This document shows positions 1 to 12,034 of a DNA stretch of 64,000 nt, piece by piece. The position numbers were made by a program, and so were the translations under genes. Source of the DNA: Azolla caroliniana (taxonomy: Eukaryota > Plantae > Polypodiophyta); the NCBI GenBank assembly GCA_043228905.1, contig JBHGNT010000001.1, positions 19,158,001-19,222,000 on the forward strand, in the 5' to 3' direction. Under the pieces are notes generated by a model that saw only the letters and a list, made by a program, of their open reading frames with translations, was not told the DNA's origin and searched no databases. The number at the start of each line of letters is the position of its first letter. Within the stretch, counting starts at the first letter, position 1.

Positions 1-1099
1 TGTTTAATCGTCTAACAAAAATAGAGATGGATATGAAAAAATGGGTGAAAGACGCCGAAACCCACAAGAAAAAAGATAGAGAGGAAAAAGACACCCTCAA
101 GGCCGAAATAGAAAAACTTAAAGAGGAAAACACCAACCTCAAAAAACAACGTAATGACATTGAGGTATCTCGAGAGGACGGTGAAATATCCTCCATAGAG
201 GATATAAATGACGAGATTTAAAAAGTTAAAGAGGAAGTTAAAAATAACATAGAGTTAGCAAAAATGGGTTGGGTAGATGTGGTTAAAAGAAACATTAAAA
301 AAGAAATAAAAGATGAAAATATTGTTAATACCACCCTTGAAGAGGAGAAAATGTGTCAGGCTCAACCCCTAAATGTGCATGTCACTGGGCTCAAGGAAGG
401 TGCATCCCCAGACGAGGATGCACAAACACTTGGGAAAATGTTAGGGTACACAATGGCCCTACCTATCACCAAAGCTTGGAGGGCCGAACGCAACACAACT
501 AGGAAGAGAGCCAATTTAAAGACTTAGACTCTAGAATCACATTCTTCGAGGATTGGGTGGGGACCCTATCTATCTCGATGAAGACCTCACTAAGATGCAA
601 ATTGAGCATCGCAAGAGTTGTATGCCACGAGTTATGCAAGCTCGTAAAGAAGGGCATCACATCTTTTATTGAGATGGGTGAGTGATCATAAATTATCGCA
701 CTATTAATTGACGACATGTGACCCATGTGACAGAAAATACACTTAGGATGACCTTATGGAATTGTAACGGGGCACTCTGGACACACCCCGAATGCCTAGA
801 GGAGATATTTAAGGTATCAAATATACTTTTCTTAGTAGAAACACACCAAAGCCCAAATAGAGGACTCCCACGAGTTGAAGGATTTCCTTGGGAGTCAGCT
901 TTTAGACAAACCTCATGTCGATGCACTACCAAGGATCTAGAGGTGTCGCAATATTCTTTCGGAGAGAGTTGTACATAATAGGATAGAAATACTGAGAATA
1001 GACCCAAAAGCTCATTTTATGTGGGTGAAAGTCTCCACAAGCAAGGACAAGGCAGTATTCTTCACCATTTGTTACTTCCCCCCGAAAGGCTCTCATTAT
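1..1099 (+). pseudogene. Degenerate LINE-like element: coiled-coil ORF1 remnant and start of APE-type endonuclease
   Basis: Coiled-coil and 'WVDVVKR...LNVHVTGLKE' ORF1-like pieces, then 'TLWNCNG...ILFLVETH' and 'ICYFPPKGSHY' endonuclease-like motifs with stops and frameshifts; cut at 1099 by a Gypsy insertion. Confidence 0.65.
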
Positions 1100-1532
1100 T
1101 GTTAACTCTTCGGGCCGGACAATGGCCTAACATAGGGTGTCTACGTGAGACACTTCACCAAAGGGTGTTACGGCAATCGGATTAGACTTCAATGCTTAAT
1201 CTGACTTAGTTAAGTTACTTATTAGGATCGTCTTCATAACACGCGTAAGATATAACAATTAAGACAGAACGACAATTGACACAGAGATATAACAACGCTT
1301 AAGCTTTCATTAATTAACCGCTAACTATTACATTGTATCCGGGCCTTTAAATAGGTTTCCGGTCTGTATTACAAAACGGTGCCATCCGCACCTGTTCGGG
1401 ATCGGTCCGGATCCGGAATGGCATACCGATTCCGGTCCGTCCGTCCACACTCATAGCTTAATTACAACCACATTCCTACTACTTAATTAGCTCTCCGTTT
1501 CCTACTCTGGACTCCTTTGCCGGCTGGTAACA
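1100..1532 (-). repeat. 3' LTR of Gypsy A
   Basis: Direct repeat of 10108-10540; minus-strand TATA-like CCTATTTAAAGG. Confidence 0.95.
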
Positions 1533-1534
1533 CA

Positions 1535-1551
1535 TGGCACGCCCGTGGGAC
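1535..1551 (+). promoter_or_regulatory. Antisense PBS-like site (TGGCACGCCCGTGGGAC) at the expected PPT position
   Basis: Begins with TGG 2 nt inside the LTR boundary; resembles the complement of a plant tRNA-Arg(UCU) 3' end as I recall it; no purine tract abuts this LTR. Confidence 0.65.
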
Positions 1552-1586
1552 AGTACCTTGTACGTCGAATCCACAACCAACCCTTC

Positions 1587-4381
1587 CTATTCTTCGTCCA
1601 AAATGTCCAGAATGCTCTGTTCGAGAGGCTCCAATGGTTCATCTGGAAGTGGTTGTTGTTGTTGTTGTTGTTGCTGCTCTGTTGTTGTCTGCTGCGGCGG
1701 GTCCGTTGGTGGTTGCTGCGGCTGCTCCTCCGTTTGTGGCTCTGACACCGGCGTCTCCGTCGTTGCTCCCTGCGTCGTGGTGGTCTCCGGTTGACTGGTT
1801 CCCGGCTGGCCCTCAGCCGACGATGGTTCCTCATCACTAAGGTTAACCGTTGTCGCTTCCTGTGCTTTTTCTTCCCCTACCCGGGACCGCTCGTAGCTTT
1901 TAAACTGGATTTGAGCGTCCAGCCTATCATCGTCCAGCTGAGCTACAAGCTGTCTGACCTGCGGCAACTGTTCATCTGCCAGGACTTGGAAGTCGTCGGC
2001 CAGCTCGTCCCGTATGGCGGTGAAGTCCTCAGAAGTCAGCGTATAACAGTCATCTCCTTCCTTCCGCCGGTTTGCCACATCCGCCCGTAGCAACTGGAGT
2101 TCCGCCGCGTTTTGTGCCCACTTTGTCCACCATTTTCGAAGCTTTCATCAATCAAGTGCTTCGTCTGATTCAGCCATGCCCGGAGGATGGACTGAATCCG
2201 GCTTGTTCCCAATTGCGATTTGGTTTCTGCCGCTTGCCGTTCCTCCTTCAGTTGTTTGATGATTTTTACGTTGTCCTGCGCCTGCGCCTTGTAATGCGTT
2301 AGTTGCCTTTGATATGTACTTTGTAATTTCTGCAATACTATAGACGCTCTCTCTTTGTCTTCCTGCTGCTGCTTCTGGAGCTCCATCCGGACCTTCTCCG
2401 CCTCTTCCAAGCGTCTTGTATTTTCCGCCCGTTCGTTGGCGATCGCCGTTGCAGCCCGATCAACTGCCTGCTGGAGCTCGGCCATCCGTTCTTTATTCTC
2501 TATTTCCAGCCGTTTGTAGTCCCGGTGCAGGTGCTCAAAATCATCCGTCTTTTGCTTGAGCCGTGCGTTGATCTGACGACGGGCCCGATCCTCGCGGTCC
2601 TTCTGCTGGCGGAGCTCTTCCTTTAGCCGTTCTATCTCTGTTTCCGCCGTTTTCCGCAGCTTGTCCTTTTCCTGCAGCACTTTGTCTTTCTCCTCCTTTA
2701 GCCGGTCGTACGCTTGATGGCCTTTCCGGAGGCTCTCCTCTGCCCGGCAGAGGTTCTCAGCAGTCTTCTTTAATTCGGCTTTGGCCGCCGTCTTCAATTC
2801 TCGTTCACGGCTCCTTAGCGCTTCTTGTGCGGCAAGTTCCTCTCTCAATTCTGCAAGCTCCCGAGCTTGCGCCGCATCTCTCGCCGGAACGGTTTCCGTT
2901 GCCGGGGTCTTATTCCTATGTACAGGTCGTTCCGTTTCATTATTCTGTACACTTACCGGAGTCACCGGTGATTGGATCCGTATTTTAGCCATCTCTGTCG
3001 TGACCTGATCCAAATCTTTTTCAAGGCACCGGATTCTGGACCGGGCCGTCTCTAGTTGTTCGGTTGTGACGAGCAACCATTCGCTTTGCGCTCTTTCTTC
3101 CACCTCTATATACCCCACTGCTCCAACTATCTGTTCGCCTATCCACCGGAGCCACAGGCTACCGGTGCCTTGTTGTGCTTGCACGGAGGTTTGATAGATG
3201 GGCTCACTTGTAGAGGGGTGGTCCCGCCTGGTTGCGCCGAGTTGTAGTTCCGTTTCTATCCGTGGACCATCCTGCTGTCCTTGGTCCCCTTGCGCTTCTT
3301 CTTGGCTGACCGAGGGAGGCTGCAGTGACCTTTCCGGTTCTGGCGGAATGGGACTTGCCGGTGTTGCCGGTGGTGCCGGGGCTTCTGTTTCCGGTTCCTT
3401 CTGCACCGGTTCCGGTTCCTTCTGCACCGGTTCCGGTTCCTTCCTTGGCGTAGGAGTCTCAGTATGGGGAGCCGGTGTTCCCTCCGTCTGAGGGTCCGAA
3501 CGTTTCCCGGCTGTCTCAACGGTCCTTGCCGACGACCGTCGCTGGAGGTGCTCCGTAGGCTCCTCCTCTATTCCCTCCTCCTGAGCTCCGGCATTGAGTT
3601 TTGCCGCCAAGGGGTCCACTTCTCGATTCACCGGTCGGCGGAGTGTGACCTTTATGGGTCGTGCCGGTGGTTCCTCCTGCGCCTCCGTTGGGCGCTTCCG
3701 GCTGCCACTTCTTGCTGCCGCCTGGTCTGCATCCACCGCCTTTCCCTTACTGGCCTTAGAGGCCAACAAATGCTGCCGTTTGGAAGCCGTCCTTGGGGTG
3801 CCGTTCGGCACTCTTCCTCGCTTCTTGGGCTGGACGGTCTGAACGGGTGGCACCAGCAGGGTGAGCCACTGAGTTACGACGTGCCATATCCTTCGTCCGT
3901 CTCGGCCTTCTTTGCCGTCTTTGCCTCTGACGATCTCGATCGCCGCACACAACCCGTCTGCAATCAATACCGGCCAATCTACCTTGATCCCTTCATAGGT
4001 GGCGATGATCATCCCTGCCCGGTTCTGCGGCATGACAGGGGGTCTAGGGTATACGTGGCCGTATTCATGGAGGACACGAGCAATTTCGCGGAACAGCATA
4101 TCTCCGGCGCCCTGTGTCCGGTAGCCCTTGCTGGCTAGAGAGTACTCACCAAAATACCTGATGAGTTGCTCCGGGGTTGGATTGTCGATCGTGAGTATGC
4201 CTCCCTCCGGAAGGCCTGTTAACGCTCGAATCGCCTCTACCGTTATGACCTCTGTATCGATTTCCTTGATCACTTTGTCGGCTTCTTTGTGTGGCGGTAC
4301 TTCCATCATCATCAGGAAGCCCTCGAGCCCGTGTTGCTTCAGCCATGTCTTGGCGGCTTCCGACAGCGTTTGCGGGTCCAT
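1587..4381 (-). CDS. Extra ORF of Gypsy A: conserved N-terminal globular domain, Pro/Glu-rich linker, long coiled coil, Gln-rich acidic tail; probable frameshift near 2040-2090
   Basis: ORFs 2036-4603 and 1587-2093 overlap; start placed at ATG 4381 (MDPQTL) by alignment with homologs starting at 13908 and 63260. Confidence 0.8.
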
Positions 4382-4643
4382 TTCTGTGTCGGGGTCGGAC
4401 TGCGGTGGTGAGGATGGATGGTGATGAGAGCGGGGTTGAGAAAGAGAGAGTTCAGAAGGTGGGGGTTCTCTGTGCGCAGGTTCTCTTCTGATAATCTTGC
4501 AGCGTTTCGGTGCTTCTGTGCTCCTGGGTTCGCGAAAATAGAGGGTCTCTACGCGCAATGGTTTTTGTCTGTGCATTCTGGCGCCTTTTTCGAGTTTGTG
4601 CATGTCGCGTACTTAAAATAGCATTATGTCCTGTGGTGGCGCT

Positions 4644-7600
4644 TTAAATGCCCACTACGTACCTTTTCGCTCCACGCTCTTTCATCCATTCATTCCTCGC
4701 TTTTGCATGATTGTTTTCATTCAGCCGTTCTCGTAGCTGAATCCGTAAGCTAGGTACTTGAAATTCTACCGGCATGACCGCCTCGAGTCCGAATGCCAAC
4801 CGGAATGGTGTTGTTCGGATGCTCATTTTGTATGCCGTCCGGTATGCCCAAAGCGCGCTATGTAGCTTTGTGTCCCAATCCATCCGGTTCTCGTTGACGA
4901 TCTTCCGAAGGATGTTCTGGAGCGTCTTGTTTGTTGATTCCGCTAATCCGTTCGCCTGTGGATAGTAAGGTGTGCTTCGTTTGTGGACCACGACATAGAA
5001 GGTCGTTAGGCTTTCCACCCATTGTCTGAGAAAGTGCCCCCCTTGGTCACTTATCAATTCAATGGGGCATCCGTAACGGCACCAGATGTACTCATATAGA
5101 AACTTTGCCGTTGACGCAGCGGTGTTATCCCGTAAAGCTTTGGCCTCCACCCATTTCGTGCAGTAATCCGTAGAACCGATAATGTACCGATTACCCGTTC
5201 TCATTGCCGGTGGCTTGAACGGTCCTACAAAGTCCAACCCCCACTTTTGGAATGGCTCGAGTGGTAGTATCGGCTGGTGTGGCATACGAGCCTGCTCCGT
5301 CGGCTGGCCCATTCTCTGGCATAGGTCACATTCTTTTGCGTACCGTACCGCATCTCTTAATGTCGTTGGCCACAAGAGGCCACTTTGCCATATTTTTCTG
5401 GCTGTCGCATCTCCGGCATAGTGACCTCCGGCAACTCCGCAGTGGGCTTCCCTCAGTATCAGTTCCTTTTCATCGCTGCGCACCGCCCGTCTCCATATGC
5501 CGTCAGCTCCCTTGTGGTACAGTGTGTCTTGCAGTAAGCAGAAATGTCGGCTTTGTACCGCCAGGCGTTTCCATTCGTCCCGGTTTAGCTCTTCCGGAGG
5601 CAATCCTGTGCTCAGAAACTGGTGCATATTTGTGAGCCACTTGTCTCCTTGGGCCACTGTCTCATCTGCTGCCATCTCCGTAGTGACTCGAAACAGCTCC
5701 GCATCCGGAAACTCATCCGGTACTCCGTCACCCGTCTCTCCGGACTCCAATCGGCTTAAGTAATCTGCTACGGCATGCTGTATACCGGGTCGGTGGAATA
5801 TTTCAAACTCGAACTCCTGTAACAGTAAGGTCCACCGGGCCAATTTGCCGGTGAGTGACGCCTTGGACACCAGGTAAAGGAGTGCTGAATGATCTACATG
5901 GAAGGAAAACTTCCTTCCCAATAAATAGTGCCGAAACTTTGTCACACTGTAGATCATTCCTAGAGCTTCCCGTTCCGTAGTAGAGTAGTTCCGTTCTGCT
6001 TGGGATAGCTTCCGGCTGGCATAGTACACTGGCCGGTACCACTTTGGTTCCGTAAGCTGCATCAGTACGCTTCCGATTGCGATGTCGGAGGCGTCCACGA
6101 ACACGTGAAATTCTTTACTCCAATCCGGAGGTTGTACTACCGGTGCCTGCGATAATAGTACCTTGAGGGCCTTATACGCCCTATCCTCAGTATCGGTCCA
6201 CTGGAATGGTGTCCGATGTACGGCGGCATGCAACGGTGTAGCCAGGTCGGCCAAGTATCGGAGCATCCGGCTGTGCCACCGGATCTGGCCTACGAACCGG
6301 CTCAATGCCTTTGCCGTTGCCGGCGCCGGTGCTTCTAATATGGCTTTCACTTTGTCCGGGTCGACTGGTATACCTTCCTGGCTTACGATATGTCCTAATA
6401 AAGTTCCACTGGACACGCCAAATACACACTTTGCCGGATTCAAGCTTAGCCGGTACGCTCTACACTTTTCTAGACAAAGACAGAGGTGCTGAAAATGGTC
6501 CTCCTCCCAGCTATAGACGGCGAAATCGTCAAGGAAAACCTGCATAAAAGCCGGTATATATTCACCAAAGATTTCCATGATGATTCTTTGAAACGTTGCT
6601 GGTGCTGTTTTGAGTCCGAACATCATCACCACGGCCACAAACACCCCCCATTCGGTGACGAATGCCGTTTTCTCTTGGTCGTCGGGGTGCATCCGGATCT
6701 GATTATACATGCTGAATCCGTCTAGGAAGCTATAGACCTCATGGCCGGCGACGGCATCCAACACTCCATCTGTGAACGGAAGTGGAAATGCATCCGTTAC
6801 CGTAGCCGCATTGAGTTTCCGGTAGTCCACGCAAACTCGAATTTTTCCGTTCTTCTTCGATACGACTACAATCGGGCTCAGCCATGTCGCTTTCTTTACC
6901 GGACGGATAAAGCCAACTCTTAGCAGTTTGTCGATTTCTTCCTTGACCTTGGCAACATAATTGGGATTCATTCGGTATCGTCTTTGTGCCACTGGTTTTG
7001 CGTCTTTGCTCAAGTGCACTTGATGCTGGTATAACTGAGGGTCGAGTCCTCGCATGTCTTCGTATGACCAGGCGAAGACGTCGCGAAATTCCGTGAGAAG
7101 TGTTATCATCGCCGTTTTGTCTCCGGACTTCATCTCCTTGGCGATGTGCACTGGTTTTGCTTCGTCCGTGGTGCCTAAATTCACCTCTTCCAATTGCGAT
7201 GCTTTCAGGCGCTGTGAAACGGCCATTTCCCGTTCCAACGCTTCCTGCGCTTGCCGTAACTCCCGGATTGCGTCTTTATCCGGTTCTGCTTCTGCCTCTT
7301 CCGGTTGCGGTAAGTACGGTGCTACAGCTTCGGCAATGTCAATTTCGAAGAGGGGTATGATCTTCGGGTTTTCCTGCAGGTATTGAGCTTCTTCTTCGTC
7401 CGCTAACCCTTCGATCATGTTGACGCATTCCGCATACAACGGTGTACATTCCTTGCCAGTGCTCGTCCTTGGCTGTGTTGGTACCCGTACCTTGGCTTTT
7501 CCTCGCCGGAAGGTAATTATATTTTTTCGCCAATTCTGTTTGATATGTGCCGTTTTCAACCATGGCCGCCCCAGCAATAGTGGGTATGCGCCTTGTGCCT

Positions 7601-10054
7601 GTAATTGTAGCACTACGGCCGAGGTGTGAAATGTATGCCCGCCGACGGTGACTTCTAATTTCCGTATTAATCCTGTCGGCCGCACTGAGCTTGTATCGGC
7701 CATCCGCAACCAGAACGGACACGGCTCCCACTCGTGGATTCCTAGGTCCTCACACGTCCGAAGGCTTATTACATTTACCCAGAGCCTCCGTCTATAACTG
7801 TGCCGGGGAGTTCTTTCCCTTTTACAATGGCAGTGATTACCGGACTGCTGGTGTCTACCACTGTTGGTCCCTCCTCCGGATTCGAGAAGAGTACCGGTGC
7901 CGGTGATGGTTCTCCTGCCGTCATGGCCGTCTTCAGTCCTTCCGTGAATCTAGGCACGAGTTGTAGGAGTCTTCCTAGTGGTAACGTAATCTGGCATTCT
8001 TGCAACACCTGCCATGTCTCGTTCTCGGAGTGACTACCGCCGGCAAGCCCTGCGGTGTTCTCCTTTTGCTGCTGTAAATCTGTGACATTCTGCTCGTTTG
8101 CTTTCTTTACCCATTCCGTTGCTTGGTTGCGGATGGTCTCCTGTGTCTCCCATTCTTTGGCCATGCCCTTCGATCTTGTGGTGTCCTGCTGCAGGTCTGC
8201 CACCTCAGGGACTACCATATTTACCGCCGGTCGTTTTTCATAGCTCTTCACCGGGCATTGGTTACTATAATGGCCTTCCTGTTTGCAGGAGTAGCAGTAG
8301 GCTTTCCGGGCATTGCTAGATTCGGCATTGTCTGTTGTACCCGGGGCAGGTCCTACGGTACGCGCGGGGTTTTGTACCGGTTGGCTACTTGGAGCGCCTT
8401 GTTCCGGGTCCCGGGGGTAGCCGCCTTTTTTAAAATGCCGTTTTTTGTTAAAGCTCTTCTTATTACGGTACTCTTGACGGGGTTGCCCGTTATATCGGCC
8501 GTATTCCTCCCGTTGCTGACGATACCCAGGGGAGTGCTCCCGGTCGTAATGTTCGTATCGTCTATTGTAATCCTGGTGCCGATCATGCCGGTCATAGTTA
8601 TCTCGCCGATCACCGTACCGGACATCATTTTCCCGTCGCTCGCCGTACCGGACATTATTTTCCCGTCGCTCGCCATACCGGACATCTTGTGCCGGTCTGT
8701 CACGGTCCATTCGCCGCCAGCGTTCGTCTTCTTCGTCCCGGCTGCTGCGTGGCTCAATTTGTCGGACGGGCGGTGCTTGCCGAGTCAACAGATTATACTC
8801 GCACCTATCCGTCGTATGGCTCTTGGACTAACAGATTACACGTTGCGTCCTCATAGTGCATTCTAGAGCCGAGTGTCTAGAATTCAAGCAGGTTGTGCAC
8901 TGTATTGCTTGCCGAAACCGGAGGTCTTCATCGGACGGTAACGCCCGTTGAAGAGCGCCCAGTGTGAGCCAGGAGCTTGTCTTTTCCATCTCTTTCACCC
9001 GGTCAATGACCTGGTTGATGGTACTTGTACGGAAATCGATTACCGTGCAAACCGTGCGTAGGGGTTCCCGGAGCGCGTTTAGGAATATCGTCCGTAATTC
9101 CTCCTCCGGGGGTGCACGGGTAAGCTGACTATGCATCCTTTGAAACCGGATGACAAATTGGGGAATGCTCTCCCCTGCCTCTTGCTGGATAGTATAAAAT
9201 AAGCCTACCATTACGGTCTGGTCCACCTCCTTTTGAAAAAAATGCATGAATTTAGCTTTTAAATCTACAAAGGTGTTGATGGTAGACGGGTCCTACGTCT
9301 GGCGCCATCTTGCTGCCGGTCCCTCCAATGTGACGCCAAACTCTGCTATCTTAGAGCGTTCTTCTTCCTCCGGTGTCAGTCGCTGGGACACATGGTTGGC
9401 TTCCCATGTCTGTTCAAATGCGTGCACATGAGCTTCCGCGTCCGGATCATCTCTATACTTGGAGTACTGGAACGGCATGTCGTCGTCCAGTATCGGTGCA
9501 CGGGTTGGTAGTGTTGGTGCTCGTTCCGGAATTTTCTCCGGTGTCGGTGGTCTTTCCCGATTTGATTCCGGTGTCGGTTGTTTCTCTTCCGCTGGTGACG
9601 GAGGCCTCTCCTCCTCGACTTCCGGTGTCGGAGGTCGTTCTTCTTCTGCTGGTTCCGGGGGTTCCAGCGTTAGCACTTCCGGTTCCGGTTCCGGTGTCGG
9701 TAAGGTATCCGATCCGCCCGGGGTTTCGTTGCTGCTACGGTAGTTCGTGTGCACGCTGTATTCCCCTTCGGAGTCCAATTCATATGCTGAAAAGGCCTCT
9801 GCTTCGCCTTCTCCGTTTGCAAACGCGTGGAGAAGGGATTCGGTTTCCCGGAGGCTGCTTAGGCTGTTGCCGTCGTCCGAGTGCGATGTTTGCTGTAACC
9901 AGTGGGAGTCCTCCGCTACTCTCCGGATTACGTTGGAAAACGAGCGATCCGCTCTAAGTTCCTGCGCCGCTTGCTGGAAAGCCTCGCGTCTCCTTTGCCT
10001 TTCGGCAAGGCGTCGAGTTCGATCTGTAACCAGGTTGTGCGTTGATCTAGACAT
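4644..10054 (-). pseudogene. Disrupted gag-pol of Gypsy A
   Basis: Capsid-like fragments, CCHC knuckle CYSCKQEGHYSNQC, protease IDGGSG, RT FLDD, RNase H VDAS/DH/ADYLS, integrase HHCC and D-D-E; several stops and frameshifts; integrase C-terminus missing after ~4720. Confidence 0.93.
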
Positions 10055-10089
10055 CCATCCGTGCCGTCGTTCGCTGCAAAAATAGGAAT

Positions 10090-10100
10090 CGTGGTCGCCA
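10090..10100 (-). promoter_or_regulatory. Putative PBS TGGCGACCACG (tRNA-Arg-like)
   Basis: Lies 7 nt inside the 5' LTR and starts with TGG. Confidence 0.6.
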
Positions 10101-10107
10101 AAAACTG

Positions 10108-10540
10108 TGTTAACTCTTCGGGCCGGACAATGGCCTAACATAGGGTGTCTACGTGAGACACTTCACCAAAGGGTGTTACGGCAACCGGATTAGACTTCAA
10201 CGCTTAATCCGACTTAGTTAAGTTACTTATTAGGATCGTCTTCATAACACGCGTAAGATATAACAATTAAGACAGAACGACAATTGACACAGAGATATAA
10301 CAACGCTTAAGCTTTCATTAATTAACCGCTAACTATTACATTGTATCCGGGCCTTTAAATAGGTTTCCGGTCTGTATTACAAAACGGTGCCATCCGCACC
10401 TGTTCGGGATCGGTCCGGATCTGGAACGACATACCGATTCCGGTCCGTCCGTCCACACTCATAGCTTAATTACAACCACATTCCTACTACTTAATTAGGT
10501 CTCCGTTTCCCACTCTGGACTCCTTTGCCGGCCGGTAACA
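10108..10540 (-). repeat. 5' LTR of Gypsy A
   Basis: Direct repeat of 1100-1532. Confidence 0.95.
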
Positions 10541-10653
10541 GTTATAATCTGGCTAGCGAGGCAAGATTAGTTGATGAAGGAGTACCACATGGGCCGTCCC
10601 CATACGAACCTCTATCGGATGGCATAATCTGATATTCTTCCCAAGGAGAAGTA
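10541..10653 (+). pseudogene. Continuation of the LINE endonuclease remnant
   Basis: Joins the left flank in frame (HY|NLASE...) and continues YEPLSDGII*YSSQGEV, ending just before where a GDFN motif is expected. Confidence 0.55.
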
Positions 10654-10937
10654 TGTTACCCGGCCGGCAAAGAAGGCTTAAGGATGTCCATAGCACGACA
10701 GTACAACCGACGACGATGACGGACAACGACGAACGGCCAAAGGCAATAGTGCGGAAACAGATCTTGCAACACGCAAACGGCAGCAGACGGCAACAGACGA
10801 CATCGGACGACAGTGCGACAACAGACGCGGAAGAGAGAGAGAGAGAGTGCAACACGGTAGCAGACGGCGACATACGACATCGGACGACAGCGGATGGCAG
10901 CGTGGCAACAGACAACACAACAGATGACAGCACGACC

Positions 10938-10978
<41 letters not shown>

Positions 10979-11730
10979 TACAGAATGAGAAGAATGACAA
11001 AGAGAGGAAGAGTTGAGACACAGTTGAGGGGGTAACTTCAATATATTTTCTCTCTCTTCATGTGCCACGAGTGTGGATTTATATACTAAAAGATCTAATC
11101 ATTACAAAAAGTTGAATGGACATAGGTACACCTATTTACCCCACCTAACACTCACACATTCACATTCCATATTACACCTTACACACCATCTTCCACATTA
11201 CCTATATAGGTAACACTTGGCAAGCTCGTGGGATAGTGCATTGCAGGTCGTGAGACTGTTTGGATGTGATGGGGCACATGAGTTGTTGTTTCTATGGTAT
11301 GCACATACGCTCTTTTCGGGGCCAACACTCAGTCTGTTTGGTTGGCTCTTGGTCGACGCGTAGAGGACTCTCTGTTGCATCTCTTGCTTGGCCAACGTTT
11401 AGACATCACTTAGCCGACTTGCGGCTCTTGACCGTCTCGTGGCCATAGCATGGTAATCTCTCAGTTGTCTCTCGACTGTCTCTCGGCCATCTTGCTGCCC
11501 GGTCTTGGCTACATCACAGTCGTGCCGTACTCTCAGTCGTCACTTGGCTCTCTGCCGCTGCCCTTTTGTCCAATGCTCGACCATGGCTTGGCCGACTCTC
11601 TCAGCCATGGCTCGGCTTCTCAGTCGCTTTCTCAGCCATAGTTGGGCTGATTCTCGGCGGCCTCTAGATTGCTTTCTCGGCCACGACTAGGCCAACTCTT
11701 GGGTTCTCTGCATGCGAGCTTAGTGTTGTT
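10654..11730. repeat. LTR-terminus-like start followed by (GA)n microsatellites and short degenerate repeats
   Basis: TGTTACCCGGCCGGCAAAG resembles the Gypsy A U3 end in opposite orientation; (GA)n runs near 10832 and 10941; recurring CGACA/GACGG and TCTCGGCC motifs. Confidence 0.45.
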
Positions 11731-12034
11731 GTCTCTGTCTAGCAGCTGTGTATGCCCTTGTGATGTCTGATATAGAGATAATGAACTAGAATGTGAAAAA
11801 GGGTCGTGGCTTCTACAAAATGGACGAAAACAACATCCAAATGGTCCGCGAAGACCTCACCTAGGACTTCCAAGTCTTGGCAAAAACGCATACCATTTGG
11901 ATGTTGTTTTCGTCTATTTTGTAGAAGCTGCGACACTCTTTCTTTTGATTCTCGATGTCGTCCCGTAATACCTGCAATACGACCGCATAACTCGACCATT
12001 CTTTCCAGCCATTAGCGAGCATCTTTTCTATCTT

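Larger units (their letters stand above)
1100..10540 (-). mobile_element. Ty3/Gypsy LTR retrotransposon A (non-chromovirus type) with extra 3' ORF
   Basis: Two 433-bp TG..CA LTRs differing at about 9 positions by eye; near-TSD ATTAT (1095-1099) / GTTAT (10541-10545); gag, PR, RT, RH, IN order on the minus strand. Confidence 0.95.

Noticed and set aside
1587-4603. Retroviral envelope gene
   Set aside because: No signal peptide or transmembrane segment visible; the protein is charged and coiled-coil.
10553-11068. Overlapping ORFs of 80-170 aa
   Set aside because: Produced by (GA)n and short low-complexity repeats.
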